Under the pieces are notes generated by a model, which was not told the origin of the DNA, ran no database searches, and saw only the letters and a program-made list of their open reading frames with translations. Below are positions 12,353 through 23,492 of a stretch of DNA of 64,000 nt, piece by piece. Position 1 is the first letter of the stretch. Each line of letters begins with the position of its first letter. The translations under genes and the position numbers were made by a program. Origin of the DNA: Octopus bimaculoides (lineage: Eukaryota). The stretch lies in assembly GCF_001194135.2 (NCBI RefSeq), contig NC_068986.1, forward strand, positions 616,521-680,520, in the 5' to 3' direction.

Positions 12353-15136
12353 ATGAGTCAACTGGTGAACAATAGCGTCGTTGGTTAGTTTTTCCAGTTG
12401 AACAGTTATTGGTTGGTCTGATAAAAATCTGCAATAGCAAAGGATTGTCTGTGAAACTCACGCAAAATAAATACAATAGTTTATTTCATACACTGAAATA
12501 CAGTGATATCTATGATAGAACAAACTATGAACAGGCAATTACGAGGCATCAAACTAATTTATAACACATTTCTATAACACCCTGAAAAGAGAACAAGGCT
12601 ATATAAATAAATATCAATATAGCAGGAAACCAAGAAATGTCCGGAAGATGAAAGATCCAAGTGATTTGGCACAGACGGGTAAACTCCAAGATGAGGTAGA
12701 AGTCCTTAGTGTTGATTTTGCCGTGATAGGTAAGTAAAATCCATGGTGTCACTGCTGAAAAACTCGTGCAACAACAAGTAAATTAGGTTGTGAATTTTAT
12801 CTCGCGTCTAGTTTTGCTAAGAGAAAGAGAGAGAGTGTGTATGTGTGAGGGAGAGAGAGAGGGGAGGAGTGGGTGAGATTGAGAAAGCCGGACGATAGCC
12901 AATTTAGTTCTTTTCAAAACCATATGGTATGGCCATAGCTGGAATTCTTTTGATCATAAATTTGTTAGATCATGGTGAATTGGCATTAAACAACAGCAGT
13001 AAATATTGTCAACAATACGGGCACCATAATGGCTTACAAACTGAGGATTTCTGCTCAATTTCCTGTCGATCGACAGTTTCTTCTCTTATATTTTCTTTAT
13101 CCCTCCTTCTACCCCCATTTCTCTTTCTCTCATTAAATGGTTATATTTCCATTTTATATTTAATATATCATTCAACATTTCCGATATGTTATCGTTATAC
13201 ATACTTCCATATGTAATTGTTGACATGACCGGAGTTTACAGTGTGACAGACATCTACCCATTCATCCGTTCCGTCTTTATATGTCTCTTTATTCTGTCTG
13301 CATCAATGGTTCCCAAACTTATTTGTCGCAGAAACCATTCCTATATTTTGTTCAGAATATTAATGCATCTAGAGTTATTTCCCTTGCCCTGCAATCGTTT
13401 TTCAAATACATTCGTTTTCTTTTCCTTACATGTAACTTCGATATTTAAAAATACTTTTTCTGTTCCTGGTGAACCTAAACATATAACTGGTATGTATTTC
13501 TTCAATTTATACCGAGTGATCAAAATTAATATCGTCTTTATTGAACACAGGGTGTTTTTTCCTACTGAACATAATCACACATAACTGTTTACTGAAGTGG
13601 ATTCCAAGAAAAAATTCTTGGCCTTCTGCAAAATAAGGTATCTTAATAAAATTCGATAAGAATATATTTCATAATAAAAAAAAAATTATATTCACCATTT
13701 TCAAAATAATACATTATTACATGCTTTTTATATGAATAAATCCTTTCCCTGAAAAATATTTTTTGTTTCATTTAATATTGTATTAAACTTAGAGTGACAG
13801 CAGAGTCGGTTCTAGGTTTGCCGGCGCCCCGGGCGCGAAATTTTTTTCCTATGAGAGTTTCGGACCCCAGTAATGAACTCATTTGCATACAGCCAATCCG
13901 TTTTTCCTGTCTAGTCAGCACCGTGCATTCCTTACTCTTTCCCAAGAGCCAAGCGACAGTTTTATGTGTGGGAGGTAAATTTTATGTGCATCTGTTAGCT
14001 TCTGCCACCCTTGATATTCAGCCTCATAGGACCTTTATAGTTTGTTGTTGTTTCCATCAAGAAGAAGCCACGTTACAAATGGAGATGCATTCAGAGATTT
14101 TGTGTATGGTTTTGGATAAAACGTATGCTACAGAGTAGGATCAACGAATTCAATCGATTATAGCCCAATATAATCAAATGTCATTCTTCTTTTCATTTTT
14201 TTTAAACTTGAAACTTGATTTTAGATTAATGGGTTGTTTTAGAGAGTTGAGAAGAAAGTGGAGCTAAAATGGTTCTGGACAAAAATTGAAACCGTTTGTG
14301 CTTTTTTCTCTCTCTCTCTCTCTCTCTCCCCCTCTCTCTCTCTCTCTCTCTCTCTTCAGCTCAAGACCAAGAAATGAACCATTATAATAAAGGACTAATG
14401 GTTCAGTGGATATTTTTGTTAGTTTCTCTACCAAAGCCTCGATATTTTGTTGAGAAGTAATTATATTAATCTCTTGGGAGAAAGGAACAAGGATGTGTCG
14501 TTTCCATGTGTTTCTGCAAAAGCAACAACGACGAAATCCAATTGTAATTATTTCAACTGGGAAGCGACACCCGGTCGTGATCAAGGTTAATTCGAAATTG
14601 TTACAGTGGCGTCAAAGAGTTTATTCGCAACGTTTAATCACCAAGAAATCTCTATACATTGTTATTTTATCGTCTTCATTTTGTTCGTAGAATGAAAATA
14701 GTATACTATGACGGTAAAAATTGAAATAACTGAACAAAAATCATTTAAAAATTTGGCTACAATAAAGTCTGAAGAAAAAATATCACAAATAATAGTTAAC
14801 ATTTAACCTTTGAACTACGTTATTAAATTTCGTGGTCAGTCTCTAAATGGTGTTAATTATCCACCAATTTTTTTTTTTTTTTTTTTTTCTTTCTGTGATA
14901 CTTTTTACAGTATCTCCTGGTGATACAGTTTTCATATCCACCATTAAAAGTATTTGNNNNNNNNNNNNNNNNNNNNNNNNNNNNNNNNNNNNNNNNNNNN
15001 NNNNNNNNNNNNNNNNNNNNNNNNNNNNNNNNNNNNNNNNNNNNNNNNNNNNNNNNNNNNNNNNNNNNNNNNNNNNNNNNNNNNNNNNNNNNNNNNNNNN
15101 NNNNNNNNNNNNNNNNNNNNNNNNNNNNNNNNNNNN

Positions 15137-15560
15137 TAAAAAAAGTTTTTTGGCCAAAAACCCCCGTTTTTGGATACGGAGGTTCGGAAAAATTGCCAAA
15201 AATCGGCATTGTTAAATTTTTCGCCCCTTCCCCACCAAATTCTTCAATTTTGACTTTTCTCCCCAACACTAACTGTAACCGTAACCCTAACCCTAAAACC
15301 CTAAACCTAACCCTAAAACCCTAATCCTAACCATAATTACAGAAATGTTTTGAAATTTTTGTCTGAATCATAATCTCCGTGTTTTTCCGCATATTTTGGA
15401 GAAAAAAATTAGGAAAAAAGTAAAAAACGAAGGAAGTGGGGATGAGGGGTGTTAATTTAAAAATACCGATTTTTGCCAATTTTTTTGCAGATTCCCCGTA
15501 GCCGAAAAGGGGAGAGGTCGAAAAAAAAAAGGAATTTTTAATGTTGGTTTTTGGGTGGGG
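15137..15560. mobile_element. Fold-back element with a degenerate (CCCTAA)n core
   Basis: ccccgtttttggatacggaggttcggaaaaattgccaaaaatcggcatt (about 15163-15212) is an inverted repeat of aataccgatttttgccaatttttt...ccgtagccgaaaagggg (about 15462-15512); taaccctaa repeats at about 15270-15335. Confidence 0.6.
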
Positions 15561-16296
15561 ACGGGCGAAAGTCTTGCCAAGCATTGCTTTAATTTAGTTT
15601 TATTTGTGTATATTGCTTTGACTTATTTGCTCTGTGACATTTATTCTTGCATTCATAACACGCATGCTACTCCGAATGTGTTGTTGTTGTTGTTGTAATT
15701 GAGAAGATCTATGATCGAAGTATTCTTGCTGTGACCATCCCGTTTATTTAGGGAATATGTAAGATTACATTATCCAATATGTCCTCTGTACTTGAGATGA
15801 CAAGGTGTTATCTAAGGGAGATTTAGCCGCTATCTGTAGCATTTCACGCAACCGCTTAGAGACTCGCTTTTTGACTTGTTCTGTTCTGTAATGCAGTAAT
15901 AATGTAAGCGGACTGGAATGACGTCAAATGAGAATCAGAAATAGGTTGCGGTAACAATCGCCACTTTAGGAAAAGAAAAAAATTTTAATCATTATTCATT
16001 CGTTTTTACGTCTTATTTTTCGTGTTGGCTGGAGTTAGACGGGTAAGCTATTGAGATATTGTTTTAAAGCCGGATGTCTTTCCGGTCTTCGAAAGCGCAA
16101 AACCAACGGACGATTTCTTATGGGGGAAATAATAACAACGTCACCGCTTGTATCTCAACGGTTTTCGAATAAGTGCAAATGTAAACAAGCACGTTGATAC
16201 ACACGAGCTTGCACACAGGCATATAATACATATATATGAATATATACGGCAGGCTTCATTCAGTTTCCATTTATCAACTCCATTTACAAAACTTTG

Positions 16297-16395
16297 GGCG
16301 AAGTTAAAGAGTACGCACACCACCCGTTTTCGGCGTTAAAGATTAGGGTTAGGGTTACGCCGAAAACGGGGTGGTGTGTATTCTTTACCTCCGCT
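16297..16395. mobile_element. 99-bp palindromic micro-MITE with a TTAGGG loop and an 8-bp TSD, inserted in a SINE
   Basis: Arms gcgaagttaaagagtacgcacaccacccgttttcggcgt / acgccgaaaacggggtggtgtgtattctttacctccgc; loop contains ttagggttaggg; AAACTTTG duplicated at 16289-16296 and 16396-16403. Confidence 0.85.
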
Positions 16396-16873
16396 AAACT
16401 TTGGTCGGTTGTGGGTATAGTTGAAGACTCTCCTGCAAGATGCCGTGTAATGGGAATGAACCCGAAGCTAATTGTTTGAGAAGTGATTTTGTTTTTTAGT
16501 CACACAACTATTCTTGCGCCCACCCCTACGTTACAATAATATTAAGCAATTTGAAAGGTTATTCTATTTCACTCTCAGTTTTATGAAACGAGAATTGATT
16601 AGGAATATTTTTTTCAGAAATGTTAATTTTACAATTAAGCATGAGGCGTTAAATCGATTATATTGACCTCAGTACTCGATCAATATTATTTTTATCGACA
16701 TTTGAAGGCTGGTCACGACTGGACTTCGACATTTGAAGGCTGGTCACGACTGGACTTAACAGTGTTAAGGAACACTGCTCAACTGATTTCTTAATACTGA
16801 TGTTCTAAAACATTGAATTATATATCTTAAAAGTCCGCGGCGTACTGTTTGACAACGTGATATACTGAGACTA

Positions 16874-17653
16874 CCGGATCTTTGGGATTTGACGGGCAAC
16901 ATTTTTTTATGTAGTGTTTTTGGTACCGAAACACTTTCAAACTTGTATATTTTGTGGTATAGAACAGATAAAAAATTTTGTATTATAAGTTATTTTATGT
17001 AAAGAAATTGTCGTATTTCGGTAATTTCAACCAATCACTGACGTCTATTGAGGTGAAAACAATTAAGCCGGGGAATGTAAACAACGGTGTTACGGGATCT
17101 TTTCCCTTGAATAAAATTAGTGCCGTTGTTTGTCAACAACAACTATCAGTGGTATATATTTTGTTTGTTACTGTTATTTATGGCATCGTTCGTGCGTTTG
17201 TACTGGTTTTAGTTTTAGGGTTAAGGTTCGGGTTTTAGAGTTAGGGTTAGTTTTAGGATTACGGTTAGGGTTATGATTATTTTTGCCATAACCTTAACTC
17301 TAACCCTATAACTCATAACCCTAACCCTAATCCCAACCCTAAAACCCTAACCCTAAAACCCGAACCCTAACACTCTAAATCCTTACTAGGGAATAATGAT
17401 ATAATTAAACAGGGAATAACACACTTGACACCGAACAGCACTAACTGTATTCAGCTGAATGGACGTCAGTGATTGGTTGAAATTACAGAAATACGATAAC
17501 TTTAACATGAAATAACTTGCGATGTACAATTTTTTGTTAAGAATGTTAAGAGAAGAAGTTGTTTTATATGACACATTCTACCAGTGTCCCAAGTTTGAAA
17601 GTGTTTCGTTAAGAAAACAAGTGTTGCCCGTCAAATCACAAAGATCCAGACTA
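16874..17653. mobile_element. About 780-bp palindromic non-autonomous DNA element with head-to-head telomere-like repeats at its centre
   Basis: Left arm ggatctttgggatttgacgggcaaca...gaaacactttcaaacttg...aatttcaaccaatcactgacgtc mirrors right arm gacgtcagtgattggttgaaatt...caagtttgaaagtgtttc...tgttgcccgtcaaatcacaaagatcc; ttaggg-like repeats switch to ccctaa-like repeats near 17280. Confidence 0.85.
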
Positions 17654-17654
17654 C

Positions 17655-18410
17655 CTCCTGTGTCGTAGAAAACGACGTAAGTCTGAAGCCAAAAGTGACC
17701 CCGTAAGGTCGTAGAGAGAGGCGGTAAGCTTCAAAATCATTTTAACTTAGTGGCAGAATGGAGATCAAATAAAAAATTTACTGGTTCAGCTCGCATAAAA
17801 GGTTTTTCATAAGCAACTGCTTTAAGTTTAAAATTTTAGAAAAAGAATATATTGGAAACTATTGCTTATTTTGTTTTGGTGGATTGTACTTGTGTATAAC
17901 AAAATCATGAAAAGAATGTTTTTTCAGGGCCAAATATTTGTATGGATCTTTTGAAGCCGTAAGTCATATTCTTAAAAGTCTTCGCCACACCTAAATATCT
18001 TTGTAATGCATCGATTGAGAACCACTGACGCAAGAGTGTCGTAAACAATGAGGTAAATGCCCGCTGAAGTCATATTGTGCTAAAGAGGACAAAGTAAGCT
18101 TGAAACCAGGTAAGATGAAATAGTGTGACGTAGAAAATTAGGTAAACTTCAAGTCGACTGAAATCACGTAGAGTGTCATAGAAAACAGAGTTAGCTTCAA
18201 GTCAGCTCTGACGAACTAGGGTGTCATAGGGACTGGTTTAAGTCTCAAACCAGATAGTATGTTGTAACGAACGAGAAAAACTTGAAGCTGAGATTACAGA
18301 GGGGAGTGGAGAACGAGTAGAACTTCAAGCTCACAGAGATTGCATAGAGTGCTGTAGAGAACCAGGGACTATGTATATTGTCTTAGAGAACGAGGTAAGT
18401 TTCCAACTAA
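17655..18410. repeat. Degenerate minisatellite with a 48-50 bp unit, interrupted by an hAT-like fragment (about 17745-18027)
   Basis: Recurring gagtgtcgtagagaacgaggtaagcttcaag-like units; the insert ends in tgagaaccactg, an hAT/Charlie-type terminus. Confidence 0.55.
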
Positions 18411-19889
18411 ATGAGACGAAGGGTGCGATTTCACTTCCCAATTGAATACGTCTCCTTTGCATTCACGATTGATATCTTTCAGAAAAGTACAGACGTCATA
18501 GCATCGCATTCCTCTGCTCTGAAATATATTATATTTGTGCTTAGTCATATAGAAAACATCATTACACATATTATCTAAAATTCTAAGTTCAAAAAGCATC
18601 GAATCGACGTTGCCTTTCATTTAGAGGGGCTGAGGGCAACAGCGCCTTTCATCTCACTGAGGTCGATAAAGTCGATTCTATCGAATACACACTTCTTTAC
18701 AAAATATTGATTTGTCTGAGAAGAAAGCCAATACTACATGTATTCAAAGAGAAGTTGACAAAAACGGGCTGGCATCGGTATATTTTGTACCTTATCAAAT
18801 GAAATCAATATTATATGAATTCAATAGGTGTATAGTTTGTGAGACAATTAATTAATGGCTTGCCTAGGTGACTATTCAGCAAGTTTTGAATAGAAAACTT
18901 TTCGTGTCACAATCTCTGAATTTAGAAGAGTATAGGAGGATAAATTAATATATTTCTTGCACCAATAACCGTCTTTTAATGCATCCATTCTAACATTGAT
19001 CTAAATAAAGAACGTTGTAGATCCGACAATGAAGTATAGACTGACAAAATCATTTTGATATGTGTGGAAATGTTACTTATTAGTGTCACCAACGTTAAAT
19101 AAGAGATATGTGGTTAGTGAAGCTGATCTAGATATTATTGTACTCTGCTTCAAGTGAAAAACTGCCGTGTGACCGATAAAATACATTGAATTTACAACAA
19201 GATCTGTTCTACTGGTTCTTGTTCTTTTTGTACTTCGAAGGTTTACGGTTCTGGTTTCCGAACTTATTTAATCGGGGCACCTTTATACAGTTTTCCCAAA
19301 ATCGCAGAATCTAAATCTATGTTTTAAGAACAACACCCACCACCTTATTTTAATAACTTAAATGAAGCATTAATGTTTTAAAGGGTATTTCTTCCTTAAT
19401 AAAACAAACAGAACGCCTTATTCTGAAAATGTTGAAGAGCATTTGTTTTATGAAATAAATTTGTATTAAATTTGATTACATACTCCTTATTTCGCGGAAC
19501 CTCAGAATATTTGTTATGGAACAACATGGAATATTGGTTAACAGTGTTCAACGTGAGGCAGACTAATAAAAAAAGCATAAGGTTCCTATAGTTATAATAT
19601 AAGAATCTTATTCCATAACTTGTACAACGAAACAACGAAAGAAGAAAACAACATTACTAGTAGTAGTGTTGTTTTTGTCTTCCATTGTTTTGATTTCAAC
19701 AACAATGGGATTACGCCAGTTTTTTGTTTCTTCAACGAGGAGAAAGAGGCATTGTCCATAACTTTTGCAGGTCCACTGACACCACTTATTAATTTTACAT
19801 TTGAACTTGTAGTGAAACCTCTCTCTCGGGCATTCAATCACAAATGATAACGAAACTGCTAACATCTAGCCTTCGGTTGCCTTGGACCC

Positions 19890-20808
19890 TTCTGTCCACC
19901 ATCCTGATTGGTTCTTATTTTGCGCGGCAATTGTCCCCAAGTTCTGCTTGCTAAGGGTGGATTACGTCCAATCGTGGCCTTCAGATAAGGTCACGTGAGA
20001 GAGAGTTTTTCTGGGTTTCCGGTGAGCCCTACTTCAGCTATAAATAAGCCCGATCCAACGACGGTAGTCGTCTTCGATTCCAGATCTCTCACAGGTCTGG
20101 TCGCTGACCACACATACAGAACACAGCTACAGCCAGTTCCAGCGCCGACGTCTTCACCACCTATGTACTGTCTACCACAATGTCGTGCGCCAGTAACCCC
20201 ACCACCAGGTACACACCAATATCAACACACTCGGTTTTATATCGACCCTGTTTGAGTGGATTGTTTCCACCACGATCAACAGTCAGAACTAACCAGCCAG
20301 AATATACTATACCAGGTAAACGGTCACAGCATTCGACGCTCAACACACATATTGTGATACCACAGCTCTGCTACTTGGCCACAACTTCCTGCGTATGAAC
20401 ATTCTAAACCTTATACGAACTGGTTTTCTCTATTCTCAGTGTTTAAGACTTTTTACAGTCTATGTTACAGACACTCTTTCTATGTTCTGTGTTCTTCTCA
20501 TTCACACGCACACTTGTACTCTCACACATTGTACACACACTATTGCTTATACGACTGTCCGTTATTTCACATTGTTGTATACCTTCTCTTGTACACGAAG
20601 GCTTGACTTATCTACTGTGTTAATTTTATATGCCGCATGCACGCATACACAGACACAAACAGTTTCACTATGTTAATAAACTTACTCTCATTATATATCT
20701 AATGGTTGTGTTTGTCCTAAGTTCTTTTACTGGCACCATGGCTCGTATCTCTCACGATGAGCCTACTCTCTATATATATATCTTTATTTTGTGTTCGACC
20801 GTGCGACA
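19890..20808 (+). mobile_element. Probable LTR-like promoter/terminator cassette (5' boundary uncertain)
   Basis: CCAAT 19968, GTCACGTGA about 19990, TTTCCGG about 20016, TATAAATA 20039, AATAAA 20675, ends ...gtgcgaCA at 20808. No TSD or matching TG start was found. Confidence 0.5.
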
Positions 20809-20809
20809 T

Positions 20810-22200
20810 GGTAAAAGGGAGCCTTTTCCGTCTACGTCGCCATCTCCTTTGGTTCGCACGGTCGAATTATTACAAATTGTTGCACATCAACCCTTGCGGG
20901 AAAAGATCTGAGCAGAAAGGAGTTTCCAGAAGACCGATGTTCTAGGAAGAAAGAACTGGGCAAATGGTTAGCAAAGGTCGAGGGTGTTGGACGCACCAAG
21001 AGTAATGAAAGGTGGAAATATGGGTGAGTCAGAAGTGCCTGAGTGGTGAATATGTGAAACCAGCCAGCTCTAAGGAACAGAGATCATTGTAATATCAGTA
21101 GAAAAGTCAGATAGAGAGAGGACAGCATGCTTATGGGCCAGAAGCTGGAACTTGTCTGTCAGTGACCGAATTCCATTTGGTTGATTGGCCTTTCCCAGAT
21201 TACAGTCCAGGATATCAGTGTACATAATAATTAGCATTCCATCGGTTACGACGATGAGTATTCCAGTTGGCCTGATCAACGAAACAGCCTGCTCGCGAAA
21301 TTAATGTGCAAGTGGCTGAACATTCCAAAGACGCGTGTAACCTTAACGTAGTTCTCATGGAGATTCATCATGACACAGAATGTGACAAGGCTGGTCCTTT
21401 GAAATGCAGGGACTTCTCATTTCTTCCAGTTGAGTGAACCGGAGCAACGTGAAATAAAGTGTCTTGCTCAAAGATACGATGCGGCGCGGAATATCGAGCT
21501 CACAACCTTACAATCGTGTGCCGAATACACTAAGTCACGCGCCTTCACCCAGTGTCCATAATAGCATCACTGTTTCGGATGTGGAAGTAGTACTCCATGG
21601 TAGGCCTCACTTGACCCTTGTAGAAAATAGGCAGCTGTTGGGAACTGAAATATTTTCTGGTCCTAAAGGTAAGGGCCTGTCTTTGGGATGCGGTCCAAGC
21701 TATACTAAAAATACGCTTTCGCCAAGAAAAATTCTCGGTGATATTAAGACTCGGCATTTGAAACGACGATGAGTGTACTGAAGCCATTCATGCGTTGGTG
21801 TTTCCTTGATATGGGTAGTACTTGAGTCTTTACTGTTAAAAGAAACAAGCTTGGAATGATCCTATGTTGCTGTTTATGGAATCGATGTTGATTTGGCAGG
21901 GGGTGTCTAGGCTGCGGGAGGGGGTCTTGGCTAGGGAAAGTCAGAGAGGGATGAAGGGCAATGAAGGGTCGTGTCTTCTACATATCAGTTGGCTGTGGTG
22001 ACAAATAGGTTAATGAAGTTTAGAAGGAAGAGAATGGGAGACAAAACTTGAATGAAAATGAGGCAGAAAGAGTTCCGTCAATACGTACTGTGATGGTGTG
22101 ATTAAATAGGAAGCTACTGGTCCAAGAAGTAAGAGATGGGAGGAGGAGCAGTTGAAATAAACAATCGAATGATATTTTGTGTTGTTGGACACAACGGCGA
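20810..22200 (-). mobile_element. CR1-type LINE remnant (RT to 3' end), interrupted by a SINE
   Basis: Minus strand SWTSSFLFNHTITVRIDG.LS...DTTLH; ENFSWRKRIFSIA...RKYFSSQQLPIFYKGQVRPTMEY; FQLLAHKHAVLSLS; FLPRTSVFW. Confidence 0.8.
21240..21545 (-). mobile_element. SINE (third family) nested in the CR1
   Basis: Reverse complement of the 12093-12352 body plus a tRNA-like head at about 21470-21545. Confidence 0.75.
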
Positions 22201-22639
22201 TCGATCCAGAAACCCTCTGGACTGGACCATGATGCAGTGACAAACATTCAGTCGGGATTGCTTGTTTTCTCTACGCCTCAGATTGGCCTTTGGCACTAGA
22301 CGTCGCTGTTACTAACACTTCCGCTAACAGCAACATCTCAGAGGCTGCGATTTACCCATTGAGTAATGCGACGAAGAACGAGGACTGTTAAACAATGAAT
22401 ATGCTGTACATAATATATGTCTTTGAACCAGCAGTGTTGGAAGCAAAGGTTGTCACAGGTAAACCAACGAGTATTTATTCTTTCCTTTGTTTATCAACGC
22501 CGCCGGATCAAAGATAATTGAAGCGATAGCTGAACCGGCCTCTACATCTTGGTTGTGGGAACGAATTATTTTGACAATAGTTTATGACAATGCTTCTTTT
22601 GTCAGTAAAGCTTCCGAAAAAGGATGTTACTGGAATATT

Positions 22640-23108
22640 CATAAGTCGAATCCTGCTGCCACGTTTATATCCGACCAGCAGCAGCCTTCGCTTGCCAGAG
22701 TTTGACCACGGTCTCCAGCAGCTTCACGTAGCCGTCTGAATTGAGCCTAAGGTCCTGATCAAAGATGTGGGGCGGCATAACGTTAACCTCACTGGAGACA
22801 TACTCAAAGACCATCGCAAATTAGGGAAACTTGGCTTTCTTGATGTCTGTGTAACGTCTTTCAGCCTTCACAGAGCATTGAGTAGCAGCCACGATGCCAG
22901 CATTTGATATCCGGTGCGAAATGTCATGATACGGATAGCTCTTTTCCAATATTCACATGGCTTCCAGTCCTCTTATGTCAGCTAGCTTTTTCTCAACTAC
23001 AACTTTAACGTTTATGCTCTCCAACACCGTTCACTGTTCACCAATACATCAAGCTGTCCCTGCGAAAAGGCGACACAAAGATCGTCAAATTTATCCCGAA
23101 CACACTGA
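22640..23108 (-). mobile_element. Internally deleted DD37D (maT-like) Tc1/mariner element
   Basis: Minus strand KAKFP..MVFEYVSSEVNVMPPHIFDQDLRLNSDGYVKLLETVVKLW...AAGRI.TWQQDS; the 5' TIR (gtcaaatttatcccgaacacactg on +) and start of the ORF match the copy at 62259. Confidence 0.8.
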
Positions 23109-23319
23109 ATGATATCAAGATATATATTGGTAACATCACGCTTTGAATTGTTTTGGCAGTTATAGACCCCCTCTCGGCCCTATGACCCAGGGGAACGTAG
23201 ACAATGTGACAGCTGGAGGGAGAGAGAGAGAGAAAGTAGCAACATTGGCACTCAGCTGCTACTCATTTTTTCATTTGAGTAGACTGGACCAGTGTGAAGT
23301 AATACTACTCGTTCAAGGG

Positions 23320-23492
23320 AAGGCGGCGGGCTGGCAGAAGTGTTATCACACCGAGCAAAACACTTAGCGGCATTTCGTCCGTTTTTACGTTCCGAGTTCA
23401 ATTTCCGCCGAGGTCGACTTAGCCTTTCAACCTTTCGGGGTCGATAAAATAAACGCCTCGGAATTGCTGGCCTTGTGCCAAAATTTGAAACT
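23320..23492 (+). mobile_element. SINE with Meta-like domain
   Basis: gttcaaatttccgccgaggtcgacttagcctttcaacctttcggggtcgataaaataa...ttgctggccttgtgccaaaatttgaaac. Confidence 0.7.

Noticed and set aside
16696-16757. Perfect 31-bp tandem duplication (cgacatttgaaggctggtcacgactggactt x2), superficially CRISPR-like
   Set aside because: Only two copies with no spacer. It has the same length as the gap overlap at 10370, so an assembly artefact or simple slippage is more likely.
17213-17375. Inverted telomeric repeats as evidence of a chromosome fusion site
   Set aside because: They lie inside a palindromic element whose arm recurs at 45338, so they are element-borne.
18900-19700. Glycosyltransferase (GT31-like) pseudogene suggested by a TM-like stretch and KT-D-D / FIVG words
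   Set aside because: The motif order is wrong for the family and needs arbitrary frameshifts; kept only as an unassigned region.
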